A stretch of 64,000 bases of DNA, from NCBI GenBank assembly GCA_015680685.1, contig MNCI01000175.1, forward strand, positions 259,093 through 323,092, in the 5' to 3' direction. Shown one piece after another: positions 36,544-49,564 of the stretch. A program made the translations under genes and the position numbers. The notes beneath the pieces were generated by a model, which was given only the letters and a program-made list of their open reading frames with translations, was not told the DNA's origin and searched no databases. Position 1 is the first letter of the stretch, and every line of letters starts with the position of its first letter. Source of the DNA: Gnetum montanum (Eukaryota; Plantae; Gnetophyta).

Positions 36544-39500
36544 TCAACTAGTGGTACTAGATGGGATGGAGGCCTTTCTACCTCTATCGTGCCGTTGGGG
36601 CCTACAACATGGCTTGGAGCTTGTTAACAACAACAACAACAACAAACTTGTAAGCAAATGTACAATATACAAACTAACAAGAAAAAAAATAAAAGAAACA
36701 TAAAAAACTAACTTGATAGGGTCGTACATTAATCATGTTTGGAGGCAAGCCATCAAGGCCATCCTATAAGCATTGGATGATCTTTGCCTTAGATATCTGC
36801 ATCTAGTCCTTCTGGCCAAAGTCAACTCCAGGTGGCACCATGGAAACTATAGCATATGAAGCCTCTCTTGAAGGTATCATAATTTGCCTCTTTGGGGAAC
36901 CACTAACCACTATATGGTGAGTGAACAAGTCATAAGCCCATCTCCTACTAGTGGCCTCAAGAAACATTTCATGATGGCATCATTCGATGGACTCTTCTTT
37001 GATCTATTGAAGATACATGTCTCAGTCACATTTATAGGGGTGTTTGTGGTTCTTTTGTGTTTTCTCCCACTTGTACACCTTGGTATTGAAGTTCTTCTAG
37101 CCTTGGCTTTTTAGGCAAGTAGATCCATCTATAGCTATTATTTAATAATCTCTTTACTAGCCTCATTTTTGCCATGGATGGTCAACCAATACCTAGCATA
37201 ATAAATCTCTATAATCGGCTAGTTACTATCTCCCTATGACTAAGCCACCAAAAAGTCATATTGGGACTAAAGGTCCTTGATCTTCATGTTTTGGCTTGTC
37301 ACCCTCTCTTGAAGTTTGTGCACACACTTTCACAAGTGCTCATTCAAGTGCCTGTAAATCCATAATGCTTTCACACAAGAAAGCATGCACTTGCTAACTA
37401 CCTCATATATATGATGAGGCACCTGCTTCACTTCAAAAGGAAACTCAAGGATGGCATCCACTTTGGCCATCTTACTTGAATCCTAGTGAAGCTTAGAACT
37501 TGTTGGCATGCAACAAGAAAATCAACCTTAGGAATGAACTAAGTAGTAAATCGGTTGGTAAAGCAACATAAGCAAAGCAACATCATATGCATATCGAGCT
37601 CAGGATCCAACTACTATTGGTGGTTAGCCATATCCTCCATGATGCCTTCCATGAAGGCAAACTTGTCAAATGCTTCTACCCACATTTTCATGTGGTAGGT
37701 AGACATGGATGTTGGACCACTAGCAGGCTCATTTGGGGTTGTGACATAACAATGTAAAAAGCAACAACTAAACAGCTAAAGATGTAAGAGAAAAAGAGCA
37801 ACAATAGATGGAAACCTAAGGCACTTACCTAACAAGCCCTCAAGTGTCAGAGTAGGGGGATCACCCAACTACACACTATTAAAAAGGTGGTTAAAATCAC
37901 CCCCTTCAAGGTGGAATAGCCCCTTCCCCAACTATTGAAGGGTCTCTGTGGCCTTGTGTAGGTCCTCCTCATATGCTTCCCCCTCCTTAGCTTGAGGGGC
38001 TACCTCTACTAGTGTTATCACCATTGCTTCTATAGCCCTCTCTCCTAATTTACGAATATAGCATGTTAACATTAATATAACATAGCAAAAAACATAAAAA
38101 TATAAACATAAAAAATACATAATGAATGCATCTACCAATGTACATATACTAACATGTGACATATATGTGTAAGCTAGGAAGTTTGATGTGAATTTTCTTG
38201 ATGCTTGCCACACCAAGCTCAAGAGCATCCTCCTTTGGAGGGTGTGGTCTCTTGATCTTCACCTTGGATGGTCCCACCATTTTCACAATATAGTGGTTAG
38301 CCTTGTTCACATCCCTAGTGGCAACTAGGGGACTCTCTCATGTGCTATCACATGAATAGTGTGACTACCCCAAGAGACCTTTGGTCATTATCGAATGAGA
38401 CTCATTGATCCCTTCTAGGGAGGGTCTTATGCACAAGTGGTTGTGAACATATGCTTTACCCAAGTCTTTGATAGCTACTCACAGTCCTGCACTATCCATC
38501 GTCCAATGTCACGAACCATTTGGAGCTCCATGAACCTTCACAAATACCCTGCAAAGAATGTGAAGTGTACATGAGACCTTGCCTAGAGGTTAAAGCACCC
38601 CTTGGTGATCTCTATGTGTAGGTTGGTGGCAATGTAGGAGCCCTAGTTGAACTTCATGCCCTTCTGTAGTACCTCCTTCATCACTTGTGCCTACTCCAAT
38701 CCAACAATATTTCCTTAGAAGAGCAACTTTGGGAAGGCATAGGTATGGAAAAGAGGGTAGAGCTCTCAAAACTTAGACATAAGCATGTCTTTGATGGGGA
38801 TGCCCTTGTGAGATCAAGTGGTTTCCAACTAGCCCTTGATCTCTCCTCTGTGGTCCACCTCCCTGTTGGCCTTATCAACAACTAATGGGCCATCAAAGGT
38901 TAGTGAAGAAGACCTTGTTGATGTCCAAAACTACCCTCACACCATGCATGTGGGTGACAAAGCAGTAAACATCACTATTGAAGGAGTCTATGATCATGAT
39001 CATTTTAGCCACTAGAATGCTTAGGCTAAGGGCCAAGAAAAGGTCCATCAACCCAACATGTGTCAACGTACTAGTCAGTTCCTTTAAGGCCTAGTGGCAT
39101 AACCAATGTTGTGCACACTCTACATTACCATACTTCATGATGAGGGTGGCCTTAGTGTGGCCTATGATAACCACCATCACCTCTCATGAAGCAACTGCCA
39201 CTAAAATAAACGAAAAAAAAATGTTAACAACATGCAAGGGAAAAGCAACAAGCATATGTGAACAAGCACATCAGCCAACATAGTAGATACTTACATTGAA
39301 CAAATGGTGTGCAAGGTGGAGGTGGTGGTGTAGGCATCTCCTTGAGGTTGAGCTCACCATTAGCCCATTCCTCATCTAGCCAATCATGTGTCTTGCACCA
39401 CTCAAATGCCCTTGGGTACCAGGTGAGGTAAGACCTTAGATCAGCTTCTATTTGCTTAAGTACCACCTTTTGAAAGTTTGGACTAGAGGATAATACCTCT

Positions 39501-40098
39501 AGGGAAATATGAGTCAAGGTAAGAGCATCCTTCTTGTCATGGAGACCCTACTCATTAACACTGAATCTAGTAGTAGGCATGAGTAGTTAGCAACTTAGCA
39601 TGAACTAGTAGTAAGGAACATAATGCAAAAACCATAAGAGCACTTACCTTTTGGTGTAGTATATTGTTCCAAGTGGATTATGGAACAAAGTGTACATGCA
39701 TAGAGCAACAAACAGGATGTGGATCTTATTGTAGCAAGATAACTCTGAAATTTTCTAGATCCTAGATAAAGGCTGAGCACCCCTAGGTCCTTTGCTTGAA
39801 CTACTTGCTCTGTCATCATTAGTAGTGGGCTCATCAAACATAAACTTCAAAATGCCATGGTTAGCCCTAGGTAGCAATGTCTTAATGATGATGTTGGTAT
39901 CCTCTAATACTAAGTGTAACTACATCATCACATTGAAGCCCTATAGCAAGGACTCCAGGAACTCGTGTGCTCTTGGCTAGAACCACACTACCTGATTAGC
40001 CACCCACATATCTAGTGCAAGTGTGTTGGATAGGCTTGCTCATGTAGGAGACAATGCCAATGAGCTCCACAATAATTAGAATGGGCTTCAGTAGCACT
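36544..40098 (-). pseudogene. Antisense multi-exon accessory gene inside the inner Tat intron (about 7 exons; central exon PMD/Transposase_32-like by inference)
   Basis: Frame-preserving GT-AG introns 39647-39567 (81 nt) and 39294-39201 (94 nt); acceptor at 38045 and donor TAG|GTAAGT at 37828; large exon 39200-~38155 reads LTHVGLMDLFL...IIDSFNSDVYCF...KGMKFN*GSYIATNLHIEI; C-terminal exon homologous to 22977-22160. Confidence 0.78.
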
Positions 40099-42299
40099 CT
40101 ACATAAGCAAAAGCAACATAACAAAGCATTAGTATGAACACATCAAATGTAAATTTTGATAAAATATATTAAATTTAACTTAGCAAAATTAGCATAACAT
40201 AACATTAGTTAGCAAAAATATCTTAGGGCCCCATGGGTATAGGATGTCAACACATACATCTAACATGCTAGGTACTCATTGGGGTACAACATGTTTTGCA
40301 TAACATTAGCATCTTATTTCACATGTTTGCACATTTAGCATTGTCATAGTTTGTATGTTTTAGGTAGTCTACATTATTTTAGCTTATAGGTTTAGCCTTG
40401 TTGCAAGTTTGCATTCTTGGCATTATCAAATTTTACAAGTTTTTCTTTGATTTACAAAATTTTTTTAAAAAATTTTCTAACTTCAGATAGTGTATTCTAG
40501 AATGTTGCAAATTTTTCCTTACTCAAGCCTACATTTCGGAATGTAGCCTAGAAAATAGGAAATTTTTTTCTAACTCTAAAGCTTTAGATCACTGTAACTA
40601 TGCTCTGGAATACTGCAGAGTGTAGTCCCAAGTTGTAAAGAAGAAATTTTAATTATTGACTATGCTCTACATGGAGCATACTCTCAAAAAAAACTAAACA
40701 TTGGATAGGCCATTTTGACAAACACTTGGCATCAACTATGCCTCCAAAAATGGGAGTGGAGTCCTAGTCATCACTAGTGAATTGAGGTTTGGCAACTATC
40801 CCAATGCTCTCTCCACATACCATGCCTTGCTATGATGTTGCACATTACTCATCTGCCTCTCTAGGCACCATGCCTTGCCATGGTGTTTCCTGTTCTAAGT
40901 TTCACCATGCACTGTGTGCTCAGCTCCAACCATGATCATGATCCCTATGGACGTAGCCATGACAACACCTCCACACCATATAGAAAACATAACAAAAATG
41001 CATCCATGGATGTTACATCTTCCCTCTAACCCCTACCACATCAAGGAACAATGCACTCATGGCTTTTGTAACCCCCAATGAACTCAACCCTCACCTATGC
41101 CCTCTTTTTCCACCAAAAAATGAACAAGAAAAATTAGAGGGTAAACCCTTGCAACAACCTTGTCTTGCAGTCGGCCACTCACAACTACCACTAGCACCTG
41201 CATCCCTACCCCACATAGAAACATTTTTACAAAACTAATAAGAGATGGCAAAGATCCTCTACCATGCCCTCAACCCCATGGGTGATGGCTCTTGGCAACC
41301 ACTGCCATGTTCCTATCCCTATCCTATGGCAAACCATCAACAATCACCACCAGTGCCCTAATCCTCACACACTAAAAGTAAAAAAATCCTAAAAATAAAA
41401 AAAATTCTTGTAGAACTCTACACGTGTAGCTAGTCCTTCTTGGCCATGTGCTAAGCTCCAAATCCCCACACCCATGCTGTAAAAAATTTTGAAATAATCA
41501 AAAGAAAAAGAGTAGGTAGAAATCGCATGACCTTCTCATCCACGGCCACACCCACTGCCACTACAATGATGCCCCTCATGAAACCATCCAATGAAACAAA
41601 AACCTAGTTATGGTCAAGACTACCAAACCCTTGCGCTCATCATCAATCCCCCACACAATCACAAAACCAATCACAAACAAAACCCTTGCTCCCCATGTGC
41701 ATGATCAAGATGGCCATGGAGGCGATGGCCCTTGCCACAGTAAGGTGCCGCAAGAACCCAAAGCCTTGAACCCTCAATTTAGAAATAAGAAAAGTAAAGA
41801 AAATAAGGTAAAAAAGGGAGAGCATAGTTAGGGTACATAGTGGATGATGGCATCCTCCATTACTCCACATGTGCTTACGGTAGGTGGGCTAATGCCTATT
41901 CTCCCTCATCCACATTTGTCAATCTAGGGTGTAGGTGTCCACTTTGGTGAGTCATCTTGGTGGTGACTATTCTCTTCACAAATAGTGTGTTACACTCTAA
42001 AATTTTTCTTTTTTAACTTTTGAAAATGATAGACTTACCTAGGATGAAACATGCTTTTATATCCCCAAGGACCACTTAATGATTTACCAACCCTGGGACT
42101 ATGCTCAACATTGTTTGCATAGTACAAAGCATAGTTGGATGGGAGCATACTTAGCAAAACTTAGAAAATTTTTTGATCTTTCTGGCCTCCTTGAACTTAG
42201 AAAAATTTTACAGTTTTCTCATTTCCTAGTGAATGCCCAATCTAACTCTGTGTCCCAAGCACTCTTGGTCTTGCCCAAAATAATGCATCTAGCACACAC

Positions 42300-42420
42300 C
42301 ATAGTCTGCTAAGACCTTAAAATAGCATCTCACAATATGCTAAGACTTTAAATTGGCATCCCATGGTCCACTAAGATCTTAAATTAGCATTCATGGCCTG
42401 TTGAGGCCTAAAATTGGCAC
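42300..42420 (+). repeat. Short array of CTAAGACCTTAAAWTRGCA motifs near the 3' end of the inner intron
   Basis: Four copies with ~30-nt period. Confidence 0.8.
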
Positions 42421-42541
42421 AAACACATCTTTCTTTTTAATCTTGTATGTGCATACTTAGGTGAAATTTTTATTTTATTACTTTCTTACATGTCATGCAT
42501 ATTAAATTCAATGAGACAAGTGTGGCTTGATGTTTTTCTAG

Positions 42542-45500
42542 TTGTTTTTACAAGATTGTAGTATGAATACAACATGACTATGTATGAGTATCTTCACTCA
42601 CCTCTAGTCCTCACTAGGCCCCATGGTAATCTCATGCAATGCATTGATCCACAATGCCTAGGCCTTGAGCCAATAGCCTACGATGATTACATAACATCTA
42701 TAGAGGCATTGCTAGACTGGCCAGACTATCTAGTTAAGGCTCTAGATCTAGAAGTAGGTGACGTCACTGAGGATCCTCTTGTTGAAATTCTTGTAGTAAT
42801 GCCTAGTGGCAAGGCAAAGGCATTGAAACTTAGTTCCTTGCTAGAGCCTCAACATGCTCAAAACATTGCTGAAGTACTCAATTAAAACATCAATGCATTC
42901 ACATGATCTTACAAAGACATGCTAGGCTTAGATCCTCACATAGTGCAACATAACATTATCCTCAATCCTAGAATTAAGCTAATTAAGCAAAAACCATGTA
43001 AGGTTAGGCCTAAGGTGGCATTGGTAGTCTACAATGAAATCGCCAAGATCTACAGGGTTGGTTTCATCCAGGCCATTGACTATGCAGACTAGGTCTCTAA
43101 CATCATGGTTGTGCCTAAGAAATGGGAGTATATGCATTTTCATAGACATTTGGGACCTAAATAAGGCAACCATTAAAGATGATTTTCTGTTGCCTAGTAT
43201 TGATCAATTGGTCGATACCACAACTGGTCATGCCTTATTATCCTTTATGAATGGGTTTTGGGGATATAACTAGATTCAAATCAACCCATAGCACTAGTTT
43301 AGTACTACCTTTATGACCTCTTAGGATACATTTTGTTACACTAGGATGCCTTTTGGACTAAAGAACATAAGAGTAACTTATCAATGCACAATGATGTATA
43401 TTTTTAGTGATTACATGTTAGGTTTGCTCAATGATTCCATTGACAAAATAGCAGTTAAGTTCAAAGCAACACATAACCATGCAGATGAATTAAACCTTGT
43501 GCTCAAATGTTGTCTAGAACATGATCTTAGATTGGATCTTAAGAAATGTATTTGCAACATCAAATTGGGCTACATGCTCAATTTTTTAGTATCCGAAGTA
43601 GGCATACGCATAGACCCATATAAGGTTAAGGCCATCATCAACTTAACACCATCGACAAACCTTAAGAAGCTATGAGGGTTGTAGGGTAGATTGAAATTTA
43701 TACATAGGTTTATCACATAGTTGACCAACAAGTTGCAACCAATGCATCATTTTCTCAAAAAGGAAGTCCACTTTAAGTGGATAACTCAATGCTAAGAGGC
43801 ATTTGATGACCTTAAATAGGAGCTAGCTCAACTTCCAATGGTCTACCCTCTACACGGAGAAAAACCCTTCTACATGTACCTTACTATCTTTGATGTGTCC
43901 ATTGCATCTCTACTTTGTCAAAAGCGAGATGATGGAACAAAGGTCCTAATATACTACTTAAGCCATGCATTAGTTTCCCATGAAGCAAAGTATAATGATG
44001 TGCAAAAGAATTACCTTGCCTTGCTCTTTGCACTCAAGAAATGGAGGCACTATCCTTTCTATACTCAAGTCAGCATTATCTACAAGAGTAATGTACTTTG
44101 AGTTATTACAACGAATATCTACAAGGGTTGCTGCATTGCATGATGGAAAGAAATAACAAAATATTTTGACCTACATTATGTTGCACAAGCCTCAATGAAA
44201 GGTTAAGCAATAGTTGCACAACTTACAACTTCACCTATCAATGATTAAGCAATAATCGATCTAGAATTCCTAGATGAGCATGTCAATAGCATCAACCAAG
44301 TGCCTAACAAGTTAGAGGCACTCTTGCACTTTGATGGTGCTTTAACCTCTCAAGGGGGTAGCACTGTTAACATTATCATTCTTTCCTCTAGGGAGATCTA
44401 ACCTTTCACATATTTTTTTACATTCCCTTGCACTTACAATGTGGCAAAGTATGAAGGTCTCCTTGGAGGTATCCTAGCAACTCATGACCTAGGAATCCAA
44501 AGTGTAGAAATCTGAGGCAACTTGTAGTTAGTGATCAACCATGTCACAAAGGTCTATGCTTGTAAAGCCTAACTTAAACAGTTTGCAACCACTGATGTTT
44601 AGTACATTCTCTATAATGAGAATACCATAGCCAATGCATTAGCAATGTTATCCTTAAGCATTACACCTAACATGTTTCACACATTATCCACCTTGGTGGT
44701 GGATTACACTATGCCTATCATGCAAACCACTAACATTGCATCCATAGCCACAGTTAGCACAACCCATGTAGTAGAATGGTATGATGACATTAAGGTGTAC
44801 CTTGAATAGGGTGAACTTCTATAACATCTAACCACTACACAAAAATACATAGTGCATAAATGATCATGGTAGTACATCATCGTGGGAGATAACACACTAT
44901 GTCACAGATCCTACGATGGCATACTATTAACCTACATTAGCAACAGTGAAGTGCAAATGATCATTAAATAAGTCCATGAGGGATTGTGCAAAGGTCACAT
45001 AGCACTAAGGTCAATGGCAATGAAAATCATATGTTTAGGCTACTATTGTCCTTACATGGAGCATGATTATGTCTCCAATGTCAAGATGTGTGATGTTTGT
45101 CAATGGCATGGTAACTTAATGCATGTGCCACTGATTAAACTACACAAAACATAGATCACATGGTCATTCCAACATTGGGGGTTCAACATCATAGGATCTA
45201 TAATGCCTAAATCCTTTGTAGGGCATAGCTTCATTATAACTATAATTGAGTACTTTCCAAGTGGGTTGAGGCTATTTCCCTTTGGAAGACGACATCACAA
45301 TAGGTTTGCAAATTTGTGCTTGATAAAATTTTGACCTATTTTGATTTACATATGATCATCATATTTGACAATGGGTCACAGTTTGGTAGTGCTAAAACTA
45401 AAGCCTTCTACAAGCACTTTGGTATCAAATGTTTCTTTTCATCATCATACTACCTATAAGTGAATGGCCAAGTGGAAGCCACAGACAAGGTCATCATCAA

Positions 45501-46007
45501 CCTTCTAAAGAAGATTCTTAACAGTAGTAAACAACGATGGCATGAGTAATTAGTCTATGCACTATAGGCCCACAACACAACACGTAGAACAACAAGATGT
45601 AAGACACCATATAGCCTTGTTTATGGGTTTGAAGCAATTTTGCCTCTTGAATTGTAGGTCCCATTACTCCATGTGATCCTCTTGAAATTCATCAATGAAG
45701 CTTAAAATGATGAGTTGAGAACTATGCCCTCAATTCAATAGAGGAGGAGCATATGTAGATGTTTGATCACATCAAGTGGTACCAGGAAAAGTAAAAGTAA
45801 AAGCACCATCATATTCAACATCAACACTTGATCAAGAAAGGGAACCTAGTCCTCAAGGCTATTTTCAAACTTGCATACAAATTCTTAGCCAACTGGGAAG
45901 GGCCTTTCTTGGTTGTCAAGGCCTATGGCAATGGATCATTCAAGCTTGCTAATCAAGATGGCAATGAGTTTGCCAATCTGGTGAACCACTCATATCTAAA
46001 GCCTTAA
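42542..46007 (+). pseudogene. Inner Tat pol exon: RT, RNase H, archaeal-type RNase H, integrase
   Basis: DLNKATIKDDFLLPSIDQLVD, MPFGLKN, GIRIDPYKVKAI; aRH LHFDGA...TYNVAKYEGLLGG (~44320-44650); IN HEGLCKGH...CDVCQWH, FDNGSQF, NGQVEA, KFLANWEGPF. Confidence 0.93.
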
Positions 46008-46054
46008 TACTCTATTATGCAATGTTGCAACTTGACAAAGAAAGTTATGCACAA

Positions 46055-46405
46055 AAGTCCACTATGACTATAAATTGGCACAATAAGTCCACTATGACCA
46101 TAAACTAGCACAAATAGTCCACTACAACTATAAACTAGAAAAGAATTCTTCCGCTATGATGTTAAACTGGCACCCAAACCTCAAGTTTGCTATGATTATA
46201 AACTAGCATAGACTGTCTACTATGATATTAAGCTGGAATATCTTGTCCTTGGGTCATGAAATTAAACTAACATATTAGCTTGCAACAATATGCTAAGACT
46301 ATAAACTAGTAGGCATCGTAGTGTGCTAGGACCTTAAACTAGGTCCACAATTTTCTAGGACCTTAAACTAGCAAAGAATATGGTCTACCAAGACCATAAA
46401 CTAAG
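46055..46405 (+). repeat. 3'-UTR array of CCACTATGACYATAAACTRGCA motifs with variable spacers
   Basis: About 11 copies, spacers of ~5-20 nt, just after the integrase stop. Confidence 0.85.
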
Positions 46406-47953
46406 TTCTTAGTTCACCACACTTAGTTCTATGGCAAGCAACTGAGAATACTTTCAACTCCCCGCCCCCTTGATCCCCTCTTATCTATCTACATCTCATG
46501 GGTGGGGTGGGGACACTGCAATCTGAGAATGAATTTCCTGTCACTAGGAGAAGCCTCTAGAACATTTGTAGTGTTACCACCTCCTAGCATTTTGTTGATC
46601 TTCTAGAGCTCCTATCATTGGTGCCAACACTACTAGCTCTTGGTGACACTTGTAGGACTACTAGCTCTAGGCATTTTTTTGGTGCCTTAAGCTCCTATCA
46701 TCGAGACACCCTTTGGAGCAATTGTAGCATTATCGCCCCCTACCATTTGGTTGATTTTTTTAGGCTCTTACCATTTCTTAAGCTTACAAGCACTTGCAGC
46801 ATCATAGCCCTTGACCATTTTGTTGGTCTCCTAGGCTCCTATTAGTGACATGAACTCTTGAGCATCCATGGTATCATCACCCTTAGCACCTTTACTAGGT
46901 TTTTAAACACTTATAACTAGTTCAGCTATTGCAACTCTTGCAGCACCCTCACATCCAATAGTTTACTCACATATCATGTTGTGTGGTTGTTTTCTTGTTT
47001 TCTCTTAGTTATGCTTGCAAGGTGATGCCCCAAAGGTGATCATGTAGAGGCACATCTCATTGTAGCAATAAGTCACCACATTACTTTGATATGCATTATT
47101 GAACTAGCCAAGCCACTCAAGAGTGCACATCCCTATTACCCCACTACATCCTACTTGCATTTACCCCTTTCACCTTACATTCCCTTGCCTTCCCATACAT
47201 CACTAAGCTTGCAAGAACTTCTAATGCACACAACATTATTTAAGTCAACCATAGAATCCATGATAGACATAATGCAACATGTTCCATGGGGAGCCTCTAT
47301 GGGTTGGTCAAAGACTAAGAGGATGTGATGCAACTCATCCTAGGAAGGAAACACCTACCTTACAAATGTGACATGGTTGCACCAAAGCAAAGCCCATTAG
47401 GTGACATGTAGTCCATCTTATAGAAAGCATATCCCAACTAGTAGTCAGCAATGTGCAAATCCTAAAGCAAGTTTGGCTTGCAGCCAAGAAAAAAAGCAAA
47501 CAGGGAAAAACCTATTCCCAAGCAAAAATTAGTAGAGCTATAATTTCACAACGAGTCCAACCCTAAATCCATGCTAATTCTCTCATAATCATTTTGATGA
47601 GAGATCACATTTTTAGGGGCAAGCCATCCTAGTTCCATGAATGTTGGCTCTCTCATAAGCATTCCGGTAAGAGGTCACCATTTTGGCAACAAGCCATCTT
47701 GGTGCCATGATCATGGTTAGCCATGCTAGCTTTGCATCTTATAGCATGACATCATACTTACATTTTGCCTCCCCTAGCATCCTTAGCACTTTCCCTACAC
47801 CCTTTGCCTTTAGCATATCATAACCCTTAGCAGTCTTGAGCATGGTGCAATGACATCCAGTTGGGTAGTGATGAGCAATGTTGGTGCTAAGCCTACTGTG
47901 GTGTTTTTTCATTCTTTGTTGATGTCTCTCAGGCCACTCCTCCAAACATTAAC

Positions 47954-47966
47954 AAAGAGGGGCCAA
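47954..47966 (+). promoter_or_regulatory. Polypurine tract of the inner Tat element
   Basis: AAAGAGGGGCCAA directly before the TG of the 3' LTR. Confidence 0.85.
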
Positions 47967-49559
47967 TGAAATGCCATCAAATTTTGGCCACCTCATCTTA
48001 ACTACAAATTTTTCTAAGTGTCAACAAAAGGCAAATTTTCTCTCTAAGTGTTGAAACTACACTTCCCACTACTAGGACTATGCTCCAGAGCATAGTCAGT
48101 GTAGTTGACACAAATAGTAAAAATTTGAAATATTTTTCTAAGTGTTAATAGTAGTTGCAAATTTTTCTAAGTGTGAGAACACACTCTCATTGCTAGCACT
48201 ATACTCCAAAGTGTAGTCAACACACCAATGGCCAATTTTGCAAATTTTCCTAAGTGTTAAGCCAAAAGCTATTAAGCTTATTTGAGATAGAAGAAATAGT
48301 TTGGAAAAATTTCTAATTGCTATGATTGTGCTCCCTACTATGCTCTAGAGTGTAGTCAACATAGTTTTTCTAAATACCAATTTTACAAATTTTCCTAAGT
48401 GTCAAGTTAGAAGTTGTCAAGTTAGAAGCTATCAAGCTAGCTTGGCATAGAAAAAACATTTTAGCAAAATTTCTAAATTCTTCCTGCTACACTCTAGAGC
48501 ATAATTAGTGGTGGAACACAAGTTTTTGCAAAATTTGGCCAACTATTGGGACTATGTTGTAGAGTGTAGTTAGTGCAGTCTACCAAAACTACCTTCAAAA
48601 GCCTCTAGAATGTAACACTAGCTTTCATCTCAACTTTGATGCCTCTCCAACAAGCAAGATAAGCAACTTGCATTCCTTTTTGCACTGCCCCCCTCCCCCT
48701 CTCCCCCTCNAGGTACATTGTAGTTTATTTAGCACTTTCATAGGCAATTTGGTAGTGTAGTCATAGTTTGGTAGTCTTACAAGGTCCATTGGTGCATACC
48801 AGCATAATACTATTTGCTTCGGTGAAGAGCATAGTTGGGTGTAGCATAATCCCAACTACCCCTCTACCACGTGGCACTAAATCCATAATTCACAACAACC
48901 CTAACACTATAAATACCCTATTTCTTCATGATTTAGGGGTTGGCAAATTTGAATGTTGGCATTCTTGGCAATCTTTGCATTTGAGCATACTTGGCATTTT
49001 TGTAGGCTCCGAGCAAGCACTTAGCACTGTCGCACACCATCTAGGACACTATAGACCATTGTAGCCCATAGGACACCATGGTAGCCAACCTAGTAGGCAC
49101 AGACTTCATGACATACATTAGGCTTTGTAGCCCAAACACCTTGAGACTATGACTACACTACCTATTGTGCCTGTTTATACACTACATACTGCCTCAATTT
49201 AGGGTGGTGTTGCTTTCTCTCTCACTCACTTCCCATGAATTTTTTAGCATTTCCTCTTGCATTTTAGCATTTTACTTGAATTTTTTGCTATTTTTTCTAC
49301 ATACTTGCACATTTGAATCTTTGTCTTGCACAAGAAATCTTAGCTACTTTTGTTAACATCATGGATGTTGCAAACATCATGCAAACACCTAGCATTCACT
49401 CTTTCATCACACCCAGTAAGTCCCAATTCAATCAAAAAGATCATTTTGGGCATCCCATCTCCATTTCCAGTAGGCCCTCACATGGACATAGGGTCAAACT
49501 ATGTGCATGGTAAACCTCTTGGTGTACCATTCCAGCCTCCAACATTTTCAATTGCCACA
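47967..49559 (+). repeat. 3' LTR of the inner Tat element (1593 bp)
   Basis: TGAAATGCCATCAAATTTTGGCC...ATTGCCACA; colinear with 29996-31679. Confidence 0.93.
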
Positions 49560-49564
49560 TATAT

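Larger units (their letters stand above)
35738..42541 (+). other. Putative PR-RT intron of the inner Tat element (6804 nt)
   Basis: Donor CAAG|GTGAGT at 35738, acceptor TGATGTTTTTCTAG| at 42541; the phase-1 join is in frame with ORF 42574 (MTMYEYL...); same donor codon and phase as in the outer element. Confidence 0.78.
29996..49559 (+). mobile_element. Inner full-length Ty3/gypsy Tat (Ogre-like) LTR retrotransposon (19.6 kb)
   Basis: LTR pair, tRNA-Asn PBS, PPT, RT-RH-aRH-IN order; decayed TSD CATAC (29991-29995) / TATAT (49560-49564); its removal restores CQWHTSVIHVSP in the outer integrase. Confidence 0.92.

Noticed and set aside
36544-40098. Antisense gene as an independent host gene or inserted DNA transposon
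   Set aside because: No TIRs or TSD seen, and a homologue sits in the same intron and orientation in the second Tat element.
46055-46405. Repeat-spacer arrays that look CRISPR-like
   Set aside because: Repeats are degenerate, spacers are short and irregular, there are no cas genes, and the arrays lie inside plant retrotransposons.
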